Positions 48,482-56,714 of a stretch of DNA of 59,162 nt are shown here, piece by piece. This DNA comes from Robiginitomaculum sp. (GTDB lineage: Bacteria > Pseudomonadota > Alphaproteobacteria > Caulobacterales > Maricaulaceae). The DNA is taken from contig JAESUG010000047.1 of NCBI GenBank assembly GCA_016763185.1, forward strand, positions 1 through 59,162. Reading direction: 5' to 3'. The position numbers were made by a program, and so were the translations under genes. How positions within the stretch are numbered: position 1 is the first letter of the stretch; each line of letters opens with the position of its first letter. The notes below the pieces were generated by a model. The model was not told where the DNA came from and searched no databases. It saw only the letters and a program-made list of their open reading frames with translations.

Positions 48482-48582
48482 CTGTCACCCCACGACTACC
48501 CACCCACCTGTCACCCCACGACTTGTTCGGGGGGTGACAAAGGGGAGGTAGTCGTGAGGTAACAGGTGGCCAAAGGGTGACA
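48482..48582. repeat. nested direct/inverted repeat array built on CTGTCACCCCACGACT
   Basis: Direct copies lie at 48482-48497 and 48508-48523. A 19-nt inverted copy at 48547-48565 pairs 17/19 with 48482-48500. Short inverted copies GGGGTGACA (48531-48539) and GGGTGACA (48575-48582) are also present. Confidence 0.85.
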
Positions 48583-48707
48583 AAATAGGCTGGCTCAAGC
48601 TATGCTATGGTTCTGTACAACCAAGAGTGCATGAAGCACAATGTAATGCACCAGTACCGATGGTTCGACAAAGCTTCACCAACACCCGTGGTCCGGATAC
48701 ATTGTTA

Positions 48708-48793
48708 GTCCCCGACCGTGAGCCAGGGTCCAGTTCTGCATGAAGTAAGAAGGTTTTCCAAAAAAGTCTGGACCCCGGCTCAAGGCCGGGGAC
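48708..48793. repeat. long imperfect inverted repeat (26-nt arms, 23 pairs, 34-nt loop)
   Basis: Left arm GTCCCCGACCGTGAGCCAGGGTCCAG (48708-48733). Right arm CTGGACCCCGGCTCAAGGCCGGGGAC (48768-48793). Confidence 0.85.
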
Positions 48794-48824
48794 CGGTATG
48801 GATATGGGGAAATACTGGAATTCA

Positions 48825-48860
48825 CCGCCCCATCGGAGGCGCACTCTTCGCGCCGCGAGA
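48825..48860 (+). repeat. copy B of the 36-bp repeat CCGCCCCATCGGAGGCGCACTCTTCGCGCCGCGAGA
   Basis: Read directly. Contains the internal hairpin GGCGC-ACTCTTC-GCGCC. Confidence 0.85.
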
Positions 48861-48962
48861 TTAAAAATTCACGCGGAAATCCAATGATCAACCTAATATT
48901 GCCAATTCCCGGTCCAGCGTCACGGATGCCGTGCAAGCCCGACCGGGCGTCGGGCGGTCAGC

Positions 48963-48998
48963 CCGCCCTATCGGAGGCGCACTCTTCGCGCCGCGAGA
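48963..48998 (+). repeat. copy C of the 36-bp repeat CCGCCCTATCGGAGGCGCACTCTTCGCGCCGCGAGA
   Basis: Read directly. The 28-bp core is identical to copy B. Confidence 0.85.
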
Positions 48999-49067
48999 TA
49001 GAAATATTGCATTTCTTACCAAACACGGCTTTGATTGCGCACGGGCTGTTTCGGTGGGAGAAAATGC

Positions 49068-50003
49068 ATGTATGATCCAAAGTTGGAAAAGAGAATTCTT
49101 GAACTGATCCCGGAACAAGGTTCGGTTTCTGGGGGGGAGCTTTCGGATGCACTGGGGCAGCAATATTTCGAACTATGGCGAACCTGTGCCAATAGTCCGC
49201 AATTGTGCAGTACCTATTATGCGCGACATTATTTGCGGGTTGATGCCAAATTACCGGGATTTGCACGGTTAAGCCCGTCGATTTTGCGTAATTTTCTGAC
49301 CTATACGCGTATTTCAACCTTGCCCAATTTGCAGATCGCAGTGGCCGAGGGCAAGGTTGAGCGGCAAAAGCATCGGGATATTTCAGAGAAAAAACGACAA
49401 ACTGCCCATAAATTGATCAAAGATGCATTGCCAGTGGATCTACTAAAGCAGGTTGCGGTGTTGATCGCTGGTGATGTCTGTCGCGGCATGGCTCATGAGG
49501 TGTCGCGGCCCGAAAAAGCTTCTGGTGAAATGGTCAACGGCTCGGACATTGATCTAATTTTGGTGATCAAAGATGAAGACGATACCCTGCGTGAGGAGAT
49601 AGAGAGCCGGCTGTTGGATGCCAAAGCATTTTATTTGCGCCACCCGGATTTGCGCGAAGAGCTTGATTTTGTTGTCAACTCACTGCCCCATTATCGAACC
49701 GTTGTACAGTTTGATACGCCGCACCAGATGATTTCTTGCAAGACCGGGTTGGAATGCCAGTTTATTGCCGGTGAGCGTCTGCTGGTCGACGAAATGCGTA
49801 ATATTCTAACCCATGCTGATATCCCACGAAAGATTTTGGATTTAAGTGAGCAGGCATTTTCCGAACGGTTACACGCGGTTGAACGATTGCGCAAAAACCC
49901 GGATGCGATCCGCGAACCTCACGAGCGCCGATTGTTTTATTTTTCTGATGAAATATGGGAATTTATGTTGGAAGACCCGATCCCGCAGGACCATATGCGT
50001 TGA
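49068..50003 (+). CDS. hypothetical protein with N-terminal wHTH-like segment and Pol-beta-type nucleotidyltransferase motif
   Basis: GGGAG lies 7 nt before ATG 49068. KRILELIPEQGSVSGGELSDALG is wHTH-like. IAGDVCRG...GSDIDLILVI plus ELDFVV fits the G[SG]...DxD...D minimal NTase pattern. Confidence 0.55.
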   Translation: MYDPKLEKRILELIPEQGSVSGGELSDALGQQYFELWRTCANSPQLCSTYYARHYLRVDAKLPGFARLSPSILRNFLTYTRISTLPNLQIAVAEGKVERQKHRDISEKKRQTAHKLIKDALPVDLLKQVAVLIAGDVCRGMAHEVSRPEKASGEMVNGSDIDLILVIKDEDDTLREEIESRLLDAKAFYLRHPDLREELDFVVNSLPHYRTVVQFDTPHQMISCKTGLECQFIAGERLLVDEMRNILTHADIPRKILDLSEQAFSERLHAVERLRKNPDAIREPHERRLFYFSDEIWEFMLEDPIPQDHMR

Positions 50004-51064
50004 TGCAAACTGGACCACGGGCAACTCCCTTAGACAGCATTCGAGCCTTGCGCGGTATTGCCGTATTATTGGTGCTGTTTTCGCATATGGTTTCTGTGGA
50101 GGCCAAGTATGCCGGTGATCAAATTCTTGGAAGCTGGGGTTTTGCCGGGTTTGCTGGTGTGGACCTATTTTTTGTGATCAGCGGCTTTATCATGGTCTAT
50201 GTCACCCAAAGTGTGCCGAATGATGTGGGTTCGTCATGGCGGTTTTTGTTGGCGCGAAGTTTACGTATTTACCCGCTTTATTGGCTGGTAAGTTTGGCCG
50301 TGTTGCTGGTGTGGTGGCAAGCGCCGCACCTGGTGTTTGCGAGCGAACCCAAAGCGCCAGATCTGTTACGGTCGTTCTTGTTACTCCCCGATGTGCGCGA
50401 TCCGTTACTTCCTGTGGGTTGGACATTAATTCATGAGATGTATTTTTATGTGGTGTTTGCTGGGCTGTTATTGTTAAAGCGCAATTGGCTGCCGATTGGG
50501 TTGTTGGCTTGGGCGCTTATTATTGGGGTTGGCTATTGGCAAACCGGCAGCGCCGCGCCGCCGTTCGCGAAATTGGTGTTTTCACCACTGAGTTTTGAAT
50601 TTTTAGGTGGAACGATCGCGGCCTTTGCCTATGTGCGGTGGCGTGGGGTTGGGTGGCAAATGGTGTTGGCAGCAGGTGTAGCTCTGTTTGTGCTTGGGTT
50701 GGGGTATTTCGCATTTTTTGGGCCAGAGCAATGGACCCACTTAGAGCGGGCCTTGGTGTTTGCGCCGTCTGCCAGCTTGTTGATGTACGGCTTGGTCGGG
50801 GTGGAAAGCGCGGGCCGGGGGTTTTCATCCATTTTGATTTGGATCGGCGATCAGTCATACGCGCTCTATTTAACCCATTTGCTGACGTTAAGTGTTATCG
50901 GCAGGGTTTGGGCGATGATCGCTGTCGACGGACCGGTGGATAATGTGTTGGCGCTGGGGGTGTTGTTGGGGCTTAGTCTGGTGGTTGGACAATTGACCTA
51001 TGTTTTTTGTGAAAAACCATTGTTGCGCTTGGCCTATTTCTTGCGCGCGAAATGGGCGAGATAA
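50003..51064 (+). CDS. acyltransferase family 3 (OafA/NolL-like) integral membrane protein
   Basis: LDSIRALRGIAVLLVLFSHM and multiple TM segments. TGATG overlap with the upstream gene. Confidence 0.8.
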   Translation: MQTGPRATPLDSIRALRGIAVLLVLFSHMVSVEAKYAGDQILGSWGFAGFAGVDLFFVISGFIMVYVTQSVPNDVGSSWRFLLARSLRIYPLYWLVSLAVLLVWWQAPHLVFASEPKAPDLLRSFLLLPDVRDPLLPVGWTLIHEMYFYVVFAGLLLLKRNWLPIGLLAWALIIGVGYWQTGSAAPPFAKLVFSPLSFEFLGGTIAAFAYVRWRGVGWQMVLAAGVALFVLGLGYFAFFGPEQWTHLERALVFAPSASLLMYGLVGVESAGRGFSSILIWIGDQSYALYLTHLLTLSVIGRVWAMIAVDGPVDNVLALGVLLGLSLVVGQLTYVFCEKPLLRLAYFLRAKWAR

Positions 51065-51068
51065 CCGA

Positions 51069-52139
51069 TTAGCGCTCGCTTTCGTCTAGTTGCTCGACCA
51101 CTTCTCGAACTTTTTGTGCTTGTGAAAACGGCATAACCAACACCGCGGCATCGGTGGCAATGACGGCAACTTCATCCATGCCCACTACCGCAATGCGCAG
51201 TCCATCGGAACGGACCAAACAATTATGGCTATCAATGGTAATGACCGGCCCGGCGCAAGCATTTTCGTGCGTGTCTTTGGCGCTAAGCTCGTAAATGGAC
51301 GGCCAAGAGCCAACGTCTGACCACCCAACATCTAGTGGAATTACGGCACCAAGTTGAGTGCTTTCCATGACGGCGGTATCTACTGATTGCGCTGGGCAAG
51401 CAGCAAAGGCGCTGCGCTCCAACAAGATATGGTCGGCCTCGTGCAAGGCCTGTTGCCAAGCCAGTTTTGCTGCATGTGCAATCGCTGGGCGCAACTCGTG
51501 GATTTGCGCCAGCATCACATCGGCTCGAAACAGAAAAATGCCCGCATTCCATAAATAGCGCCCATCGGCGAGCCAAGACTTTGCGGTTGCCATGTTCGGT
51601 TTTTCGACAAATTTGTCTAGCTTAAACGCGCCATTGCCGATGTCAGCGCCGGCTAATAGATAGCCATAGCCGGTTTCCGGGCGGGTTGGCTTGGGGCCAA
51701 AGGTTACGATATGGCCGCCCTTTGCACTCTTTGCGCCGGTGATGATGGTGGCGCGAAAGGCAATCGGGTCGGCGACAAAATGGTCGGCGGCCAATAACAA
51801 CACCAAGGCATCCGGGCCAAATTGCGCGGCCACCGCATGGGCGGCAACCGCCGCGCACGGGGCGGTATTGCGCGGGACCGGCTCGGCGATGATGTGGGCT
51901 GCGGTTACGCCAATGGCGCGTAATTGCTGATGAATATCTGTAACATGAGCTTCGGCGCAAATTACGATCGGCGCGGCAAAGCCAGCGTCACTGGGTACGC
52001 GGTTGAGGGTTTCTTGCAATAAGCTTTTTTCGCCAAACAGGGCGTGCATTTGTTTTGGTTTGGCCCGGCGCGATAATGGCCAAAGCCGGGTACCGGCTCC
52101 GCCGGACATAATCACCGGTACAATCACGGGAGCGCTCAT
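51069..52139 (-). CDS. mannose-1-phosphate guanylyltransferase (no C-terminal isomerase domain)
   Basis: VIMSGGAGTRLWPLSR nucleotidyl-transferase signature. About 356 aa from Met 52139. Confidence 0.85.
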   Translation of the reverse strand: MSAPVIVPVIMSGGAGTRLWPLSRRAKPKQMHALFGEKSLLQETLNRVPSDAGFAAPIVICAEAHVTDIHQQLRAIGVTAAHIIAEPVPRNTAPCAAVAAHAVAAQFGPDALVLLLAADHFVADPIAFRATIITGAKSAKGGHIVTFGPKPTRPETGYGYLLAGADIGNGAFKLDKFVEKPNMATAKSWLADGRYLWNAGIFLFRADVMLAQIHELRPAIAHAAKLAWQQALHEADHILLERSAFAACPAQSVDTAVMESTQLGAVIPLDVGWSDVGSWPSIYELSAKDTHENACAGPVITIDSHNCLVRSDGLRIAVVGMDEVAVIATDAAVLVMPFSQAQKVREVVEQLDESER

Positions 52140-53266
52140 GAGTTTTTCTTCGTGCAATACACTCGTTCGACCTCGGCGGCGGCGCTAACCAGATGATAAA
52201 CAATGCTAGCCGGCACGTGTTGCGATAGAGCTTCACCATGAGCGGACACCGCGTCCACCCACAAGCCCGGTACCTTAGATTGTAGGTAATGGGTGAAGAT
52301 TGTCTTGATGATCCCGTTGATTTTGGGGTCCGGCTCGGCCTTTGCCAGAATGACATGGGCCTTTAGCCGTTCGGTTTGCCCCCATAGGCGGCAGGTTTGA
52401 GCGCTGGCGTGCCCATGGGTATCGCATTGATCGAGCAACAGGCCGTTTTGTTGAAGGCCAATTTTTTCGGCAAGAGGTAACAATCCATCAGCGGGGGTTA
52501 GGTTGCCATTGTCAGGCGCAAGTCGTTGGCGCTGGTGCAACAGCCATGACCATTCGGCCATATGGCCCGGCTCAATTTGATTTTTGGCATTTGGTTGCCA
52601 TTTTTCGTTAAAAAATTCAAACAAATATCCAGTGTCGTGGTCGATGAAAACTTCGGTCAATAGCTGGGATATTTCATCGGCGCGGGCTAAATAGGCCGGG
52701 TCTTTGGTCGCCGTATACAATGCGAGCAGCGCTTCATACATATGCATATGCGGGTTTTGTCGGCGCGGTTGTGTTTGGGTTAAGTCTTCGTACCAGCCTT
52801 CATTTTTTGCCGCCAAGGCCTCTTCGACAAAGGCCAAAACTTGTTTGGCTAGGCTCAAGACTTGCGGATCACCACTGGCCTGATAGGCCCAGCTTAGGCC
52901 CAATATGTGAAAAGCGTGGTCGTATAAATCACGGCGGCTATCCAGCATTTTTCCGGTCTCGTCAGCCAGATGGAAAAACCCCGGCTCGCCATCGGCGCGC
53001 CAACAACGCTCAAACAACCAATCCACCGAGTTTAAGACCAAGCTTTTATGGTCAGCCCAACCCAAGGTGTCGGCATGAGCAAACGCATATATTTGTCGTG
53101 AAGTTACCCGTACCCGCCGTGGGCAATTGCGATCCATACTGCCATCCATGTTGGCCTGCTCAAAAAAGCCGCCAAACCTGCGATCAACCCCATGTTCCGC
53201 CCAAAAGGTAAGCAGAGTCGAGCGACACCAATTGACGAATTTTTGCGGGCTTGTATCGATAGGCAC
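52136..53266 (-). CDS. AGE-family (N-acylglucosamine 2-epimerase-like) epimerase/isomerase
   Basis: FW..HGVDRRFGGFFE...RVTSRQIYAFAHA blocks. 4-nt overlap with the guanylyltransferase gene. Confidence 0.6.
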   Translation of the reverse strand: MPIDTSPQKFVNWCRSTLLTFWAEHGVDRRFGGFFEQANMDGSMDRNCPRRVRVTSRQIYAFAHADTLGWADHKSLVLNSVDWLFERCWRADGEPGFFHLADETGKMLDSRRDLYDHAFHILGLSWAYQASGDPQVLSLAKQVLAFVEEALAAKNEGWYEDLTQTQPRRQNPHMHMYEALLALYTATKDPAYLARADEISQLLTEVFIDHDTGYLFEFFNEKWQPNAKNQIEPGHMAEWSWLLHQRQRLAPDNGNLTPADGLLPLAEKIGLQQNGLLLDQCDTHGHASAQTCRLWGQTERLKAHVILAKAEPDPKINGIIKTIFTHYLQSKVPGLWVDAVSAHGEALSQHVPASIVYHLVSAAAEVERVYCTKKNS

Positions 53267-53341
53267 TGAAACTTCCTGTTGGTTTGTCCCAAATCACCAT
53301 GAAAAGGTGTAGAATTCATGTCTAATTGGATTTGGCTTGCG

Positions 53342-53382
53342 CTAATCGGGGGAGGCACGTATTCGTGCCGTACCTAATCGGG
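53342..53382. promoter_or_regulatory. hairpin GGCACG-TATT-CGTGCC flanked by 9-bp direct repeats CTAATCGGG, just upstream of the PhoR-like kinase
   Basis: Read directly: direct repeats at 53342-53350 and 53374-53382, hairpin at 53354-53369. Function unknown. Confidence 0.3.
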
Positions 53383-53389
53383 CGATTGC

Positions 53390-54433
53390 ATGACGAGCCT
53401 ACTCAATTTTTCGGAATTTTTGGACGGCATTCCGGTGCCGGCATTGCTGGTGGATGTTGATCATTTGATTGTGGCGGCAAATCAGGCGGCTTGTCAGTTG
53501 TTTTTACGGGATATGGTCGGGGTGCGTTTTGTTCGAGTGTTGCGCCATCCCGATGCCCTAGCCTGTATCGCCGATGCCGGAGGAACCGACAAGCTGGTCA
53601 GGCGGCAAATAACCCTAGAAACGCCGGTACAACAGGTGTTTGAGTGTACGGCTTTTGCGCTAAACGAACGGGTGCTGTTTACGATGACGGACGTGTCCCC
53701 CTTATTGGTGGTGCAACGCTCGCGCAGTGATTTTGTGGCCAATGTTAGCCATGAGCTGCGCTCGCCCTTGGCAACATTGTCGGGCATTATCGAAACCCTA
53801 AAAGGTCCAGCCCGCGACGACGAAAGTGCGCGAGCGAAGTTTTTGGATATTATGCACCTCGAAGCCGTGCGGATGACGCGGCTGATCGGCGATTTGCTTT
53901 CTTTGTCAAAATTAGAGGCCAAACAACATGAACAACCGGCTGATCCACTTGATATTTATGCGCTGATCACCCGCGTCAAAGACGCGTTATCGGTGCGCTT
54001 CGTCGCCAAAGGGCGCGAGATTGAAGTGATCTGTACGCAAAAAGTTAAGGACATTGTTGGTGATGAAGACGAGCTGATTGAGGTGTTTCAGAACTTGCTG
54101 GAAAATGCCTTGAAATACAGTGCACCGCCAAACCCGGTAACGATTAGAATTGTGCAAAACCCGATGGCTGGCAGCGCCGAAGCAAGCCGCATAGCTATCG
54201 AAGTGGAAGACTTCGGCGAAGGCATTGAGCGCCATCACATCCCGCGACTGACCGAACGGTTTTACCGGGTCGACAAAGGGCGTTCTCGTGAAATTGGCGG
54301 CACTGGACTTGGGTTGGCGATCACCAAGCATATTGTCCATCGCCACCGGGGCCTTTTGCAGATCAACAGCGAACGAGGCAAGGGAACGACGGTTACGGTA
54401 CAATTGCCCATATGGCGCCCGGCCAACAAGTAA
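53390..54433 (+). CDS. soluble PAS sensor histidine kinase, PhoR-like catalytic core
   Basis: No TM segment. FVANVSHELRSPLATL H-box, NLLENALKYS, DFGEGI, GTGLGLAITKHIV. Confidence 0.8.
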   Translation: MTSLLNFSEFLDGIPVPALLVDVDHLIVAANQAACQLFLRDMVGVRFVRVLRHPDALACIADAGGTDKLVRRQITLETPVQQVFECTAFALNERVLFTMTDVSPLLVVQRSRSDFVANVSHELRSPLATLSGIIETLKGPARDDESARAKFLDIMHLEAVRMTRLIGDLLSLSKLEAKQHEQPADPLDIYALITRVKDALSVRFVAKGREIEVICTQKVKDIVGDEDELIEVFQNLLENALKYSAPPNPVTIRIVQNPMAGSAEASRIAIEVEDFGEGIERHHIPRLTERFYRVDKGRSREIGGTGLGLAITKHIVHRHRGLLQINSERGKGTTVTVQLPIWRPANK

Positions 54434-54537
54434 TAGTGAGGTGTGCTAAACTTTATTTGACATAAATGCAGGTTGTACCAGTCCTGAAGATCAGGCAGAA
54501 ACAACCTGAACTTCACCGCAGTATAGGAAGATGAATT

Positions 54538-55842
54538 ATGCGAGTAACGATGATCGGAACCGGTTATGTTGGCTTGGTGTCTGGTGCTTGCTTTGCTGAT
54601 TTTGGACATGTTGTTACGTGTGTTGATCTTAACGAGCGCAAAATTGAACAGCTGACCAACGGTAAAATTCCGATCTTTGAGCGCGGCTTGGCCGAACTGG
54701 TCGCCACCAATGTCCGCGAAGAAAGACTGTCATTTACCACGGACTTAAAAATAGCGGTTAAAAATGCTGATGCAGTGTTTATCGCGGTCGGCACCCCAAC
54801 CCGGCGCGGCGATGGGTTGGCTGATCTTCGCTATGTGCGCCAAGCCGCCAAAGACATCGCGGCGGTGATCGACGGATTTACGGTGATTATCAATAAATCC
54901 ACGGTGCCGGTTGGTACCGGTGATGAGGTCGAGAAAATTATTCGCGAACAAAACCCGGATGCAGATTTTGCGGTGGTTTCCAACCCAGAGTTCTTGCGCG
55001 AGGGCGCAGCCATCAATGATTTTAAACGCCCGGATCGGGTGGTGATCGGCACCGATGACCCCCGTGCCGAGGCGGTAATGAAAGAGCTGTACCGGCCCCT
55101 ATATTTGAGTGAAACCCCGATCCTCTTTACGTCCAGACGCTCATCAGAGCTGATCAAATATGCCGCCAATGCATTTTTGGCGACCAAGATCACATTTATC
55201 AACGAAATGGCCGATATTTGCGAAAAAGTCGGTGCTGATGTGCAAGCGGTGTCCCGTGGAATGGGGTTGGACAAACGAATTGGTGCCAAATTCTTAAATG
55301 CTGGACCGGGATATGGCGGTTCATGTTTTCCAAAAGACACCTTGGCCTTGGTCGGCACCGCGAGGGAAGTTGGCGCGGAAACCGGCATTGTTGCGGCGGT
55401 AATTGAGGCCAATGATCGACGCAAAATTCGGATGGCTGATAAAGTGACCCAAGCTTGTGGTGGTGATGTTAGCGGGAAAACCATAGCGGTTTTGGGGGTT
55501 GCGTTTAAGCCCAATACCGATGATGTGCGTGATGCCCCATCTTTGCAAATCCTGCCCGCCTTGCAACAACAAGGCGCAAAAATTCGTGCTTTTGACCCCG
55601 AAGCCATGGACGAGGCCCAATTGGTGTTATCGGACGTGCAATGGTGCGCCGATGCGTATGAGTGTGCGGATGGCGCTGATGTGCTGGTGATCATCACCGA
55701 ATGGGATCAGTTCCGGGCACTGGATATGGGACGCTTACAACAGCTGATGCGCCAGCCTAGCATTGTTGATTTGCGAAATATTTATGACCCGGCTGCTGTG
55801 CGTGCTGCTGGATTTAGCTATATTGGTATTGGGCGGACTTAG
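54538..55842 (+). CDS. ugd: UDP-glucose 6-dehydrogenase
   Basis: MIGTGYVGLVSGACFA Rossmann motif and GGSCFPKD catalytic Cys. 434 aa. Confidence 0.92.
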   Translation: MRVTMIGTGYVGLVSGACFADFGHVVTCVDLNERKIEQLTNGKIPIFERGLAELVATNVREERLSFTTDLKIAVKNADAVFIAVGTPTRRGDGLADLRYVRQAAKDIAAVIDGFTVIINKSTVPVGTGDEVEKIIREQNPDADFAVVSNPEFLREGAAINDFKRPDRVVIGTDDPRAEAVMKELYRPLYLSETPILFTSRRSSELIKYAANAFLATKITFINEMADICEKVGADVQAVSRGMGLDKRIGAKFLNAGPGYGGSCFPKDTLALVGTAREVGAETGIVAAVIEANDRRKIRMADKVTQACGGDVSGKTIAVLGVAFKPNTDDVRDAPSLQILPALQQQGAKIRAFDPEAMDEAQLVLSDVQWCADAYECADGADVLVIITEWDQFRALDMGRLQQLMRQPSIVDLRNIYDPAAVRAAGFSYIGIGRT

Positions 55843-56300
55843 GGGCTAGTTCGGGTTCGTAAAAAGTCCAACGCCCCTTGTAGGATATACGCTGCCGCTA
55901 GTTTGTCGATCACCGCTTTTCGTTTGTCGCGGCGGGTGTCGGCGTGGATCAGCATCCGTTCTACCGCCGCGGTTGAGAGCCGCTCGTCCCAAAATACAAT
56001 CGGCACATCGCGCCAGCCAAGCAAATTCCTAGCAAATGCCCGCGAGGACTGGGCGCGTGCGCCTTCTTTGCCATCCATTTGTACGGGCAGGCCAAGAACG
56101 ATACCGACACAATCACGGCTGTCGTAGAGCGCAAACAATTGCGCCGCGTCTTTGGCAAATTTACTGCGGTGCAAACTGGTAATGCCATTGGCAATCACAC
56201 GGCCTTGGTCCGAGACCGCTAACCCAATGGTTTTGGTGCCAGGATCAATGCCCAATAAGGCGCCGGTGATCGGCAGTTCATGTGCAGTGCATATCGGCAT
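55839..56300 (-). CDS. ruvX: Holliday junction resolvase-like nuclease RuvX/YqgF
   Basis: LLGIDPGTKTIGLAVSD, DERLST. 153 aa. Confidence 0.88.
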   Translation of the reverse strand: MPICTAHELPITGALLGIDPGTKTIGLAVSDQGRVIANGITSLHRSKFAKDAAQLFALYDSRDCVGIVLGLPVQMDGKEGARAQSSRAFARNLLGWRDVPIVFWDERLSTAAVERMLIHADTRRDKRKAVIDKLAAAYILQGALDFLRTRTSP

Positions 56301-56426
56301 ATGGCCCTAAACCCGAAAAAGCTCGGCAACGCAACTAAAAATGCAAAGTTTCACGCAGCTAGGCTTGCACTGGTTGATTAGCTTTGGTACCGCTTCGAGC
56401 TTATCTTTGAAGAAGAGGAAACCGCA

Positions 56427-56714
56427 ATGTCGGTGGATGCAAAAACCGTCAGAAAAATCGCTCGTTTGGCCCGACTAGAAGTCTCGGACGAACGCTTGGA
56501 GCCGTTGGCGGTTGAGCTCAACAATTTGCTGGGCTGGATTGAACAACTGAACGAAGTTGATGTGGACGGGGTTTTACCGATGACCTCGGCAGTGCAAACC
56601 GAACCGCATTTGCGCCAAGACCAAGTCACGGATGGCAATATTCGAGATCAGATTTTGGCCAATGCACCAAAGACAGAAGATGGCTTTTTCGTCGTCCCGA
56701 AGGCGGTGGAATAA
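56427..56714 (+). CDS. gatC: Asp/Glu-tRNA amidotransferase subunit C
   Basis: 95 aa. [12 protein letters not shown]...[15 protein letters not shown]. Upstream of gatA. Confidence 0.92.
   Translation: MSVDAKTVRKIARLARLEVSDERLEPLAVELNNLLGWIEQLNEVDVDGVLPMTSAVQTEPHLRQDQVTDGNIRDQILANAPKTEDGFFVVPKAVE

Noticed and set aside
47266-48503. ORFs 47266-47463, 47566-47859, 47704-48111 (-) and 48090-48503 (-) around the lysis cassette
   Set aside because: Their translations are Arg/Gly/Pro-rich junk running through the GC-rich repeats, or they are antisense to the endolysin and holin genes. The M15 and holin frames explain the coding signal.
48482-48523. Possible mini-CRISPR array (two identical 16-nt direct repeats)
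   Set aside because: There are only two copies with a 10-nt spacer, the repeats are too short, inverted copies are interleaved, and no cas genes are in the window.
48600-48830. Possible tRNA, tmRNA or other classical RNA gene (GGTTCGAC resembles a T-loop)
   Set aside because: No cloverleaf can be drawn on either strand. There is no acceptor stem or CCA context and no tag-peptide reading frame, so the resemblance is limited to one heptamer.
48605-49317. ORFs 48605-48844, 48676-48936, 48888-49163 and 48958-49317 (all minus strand), and 48884-49075 (+), in the repeat-rich tract
   Set aside because: They mutually overlap, cross the 36-bp repeats and the long hairpin, and have no start context or recognisable domains. 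The region is better described as structured non-coding DNA.
55839-55842. Overlapping convergent stop codons of ugd (TAG 55840-55842) and ruvX (TAA on minus, 55839-55841)
   Set aside because: It is real but a trivial consequence of compact gene packing, with no regulatory inference justified.
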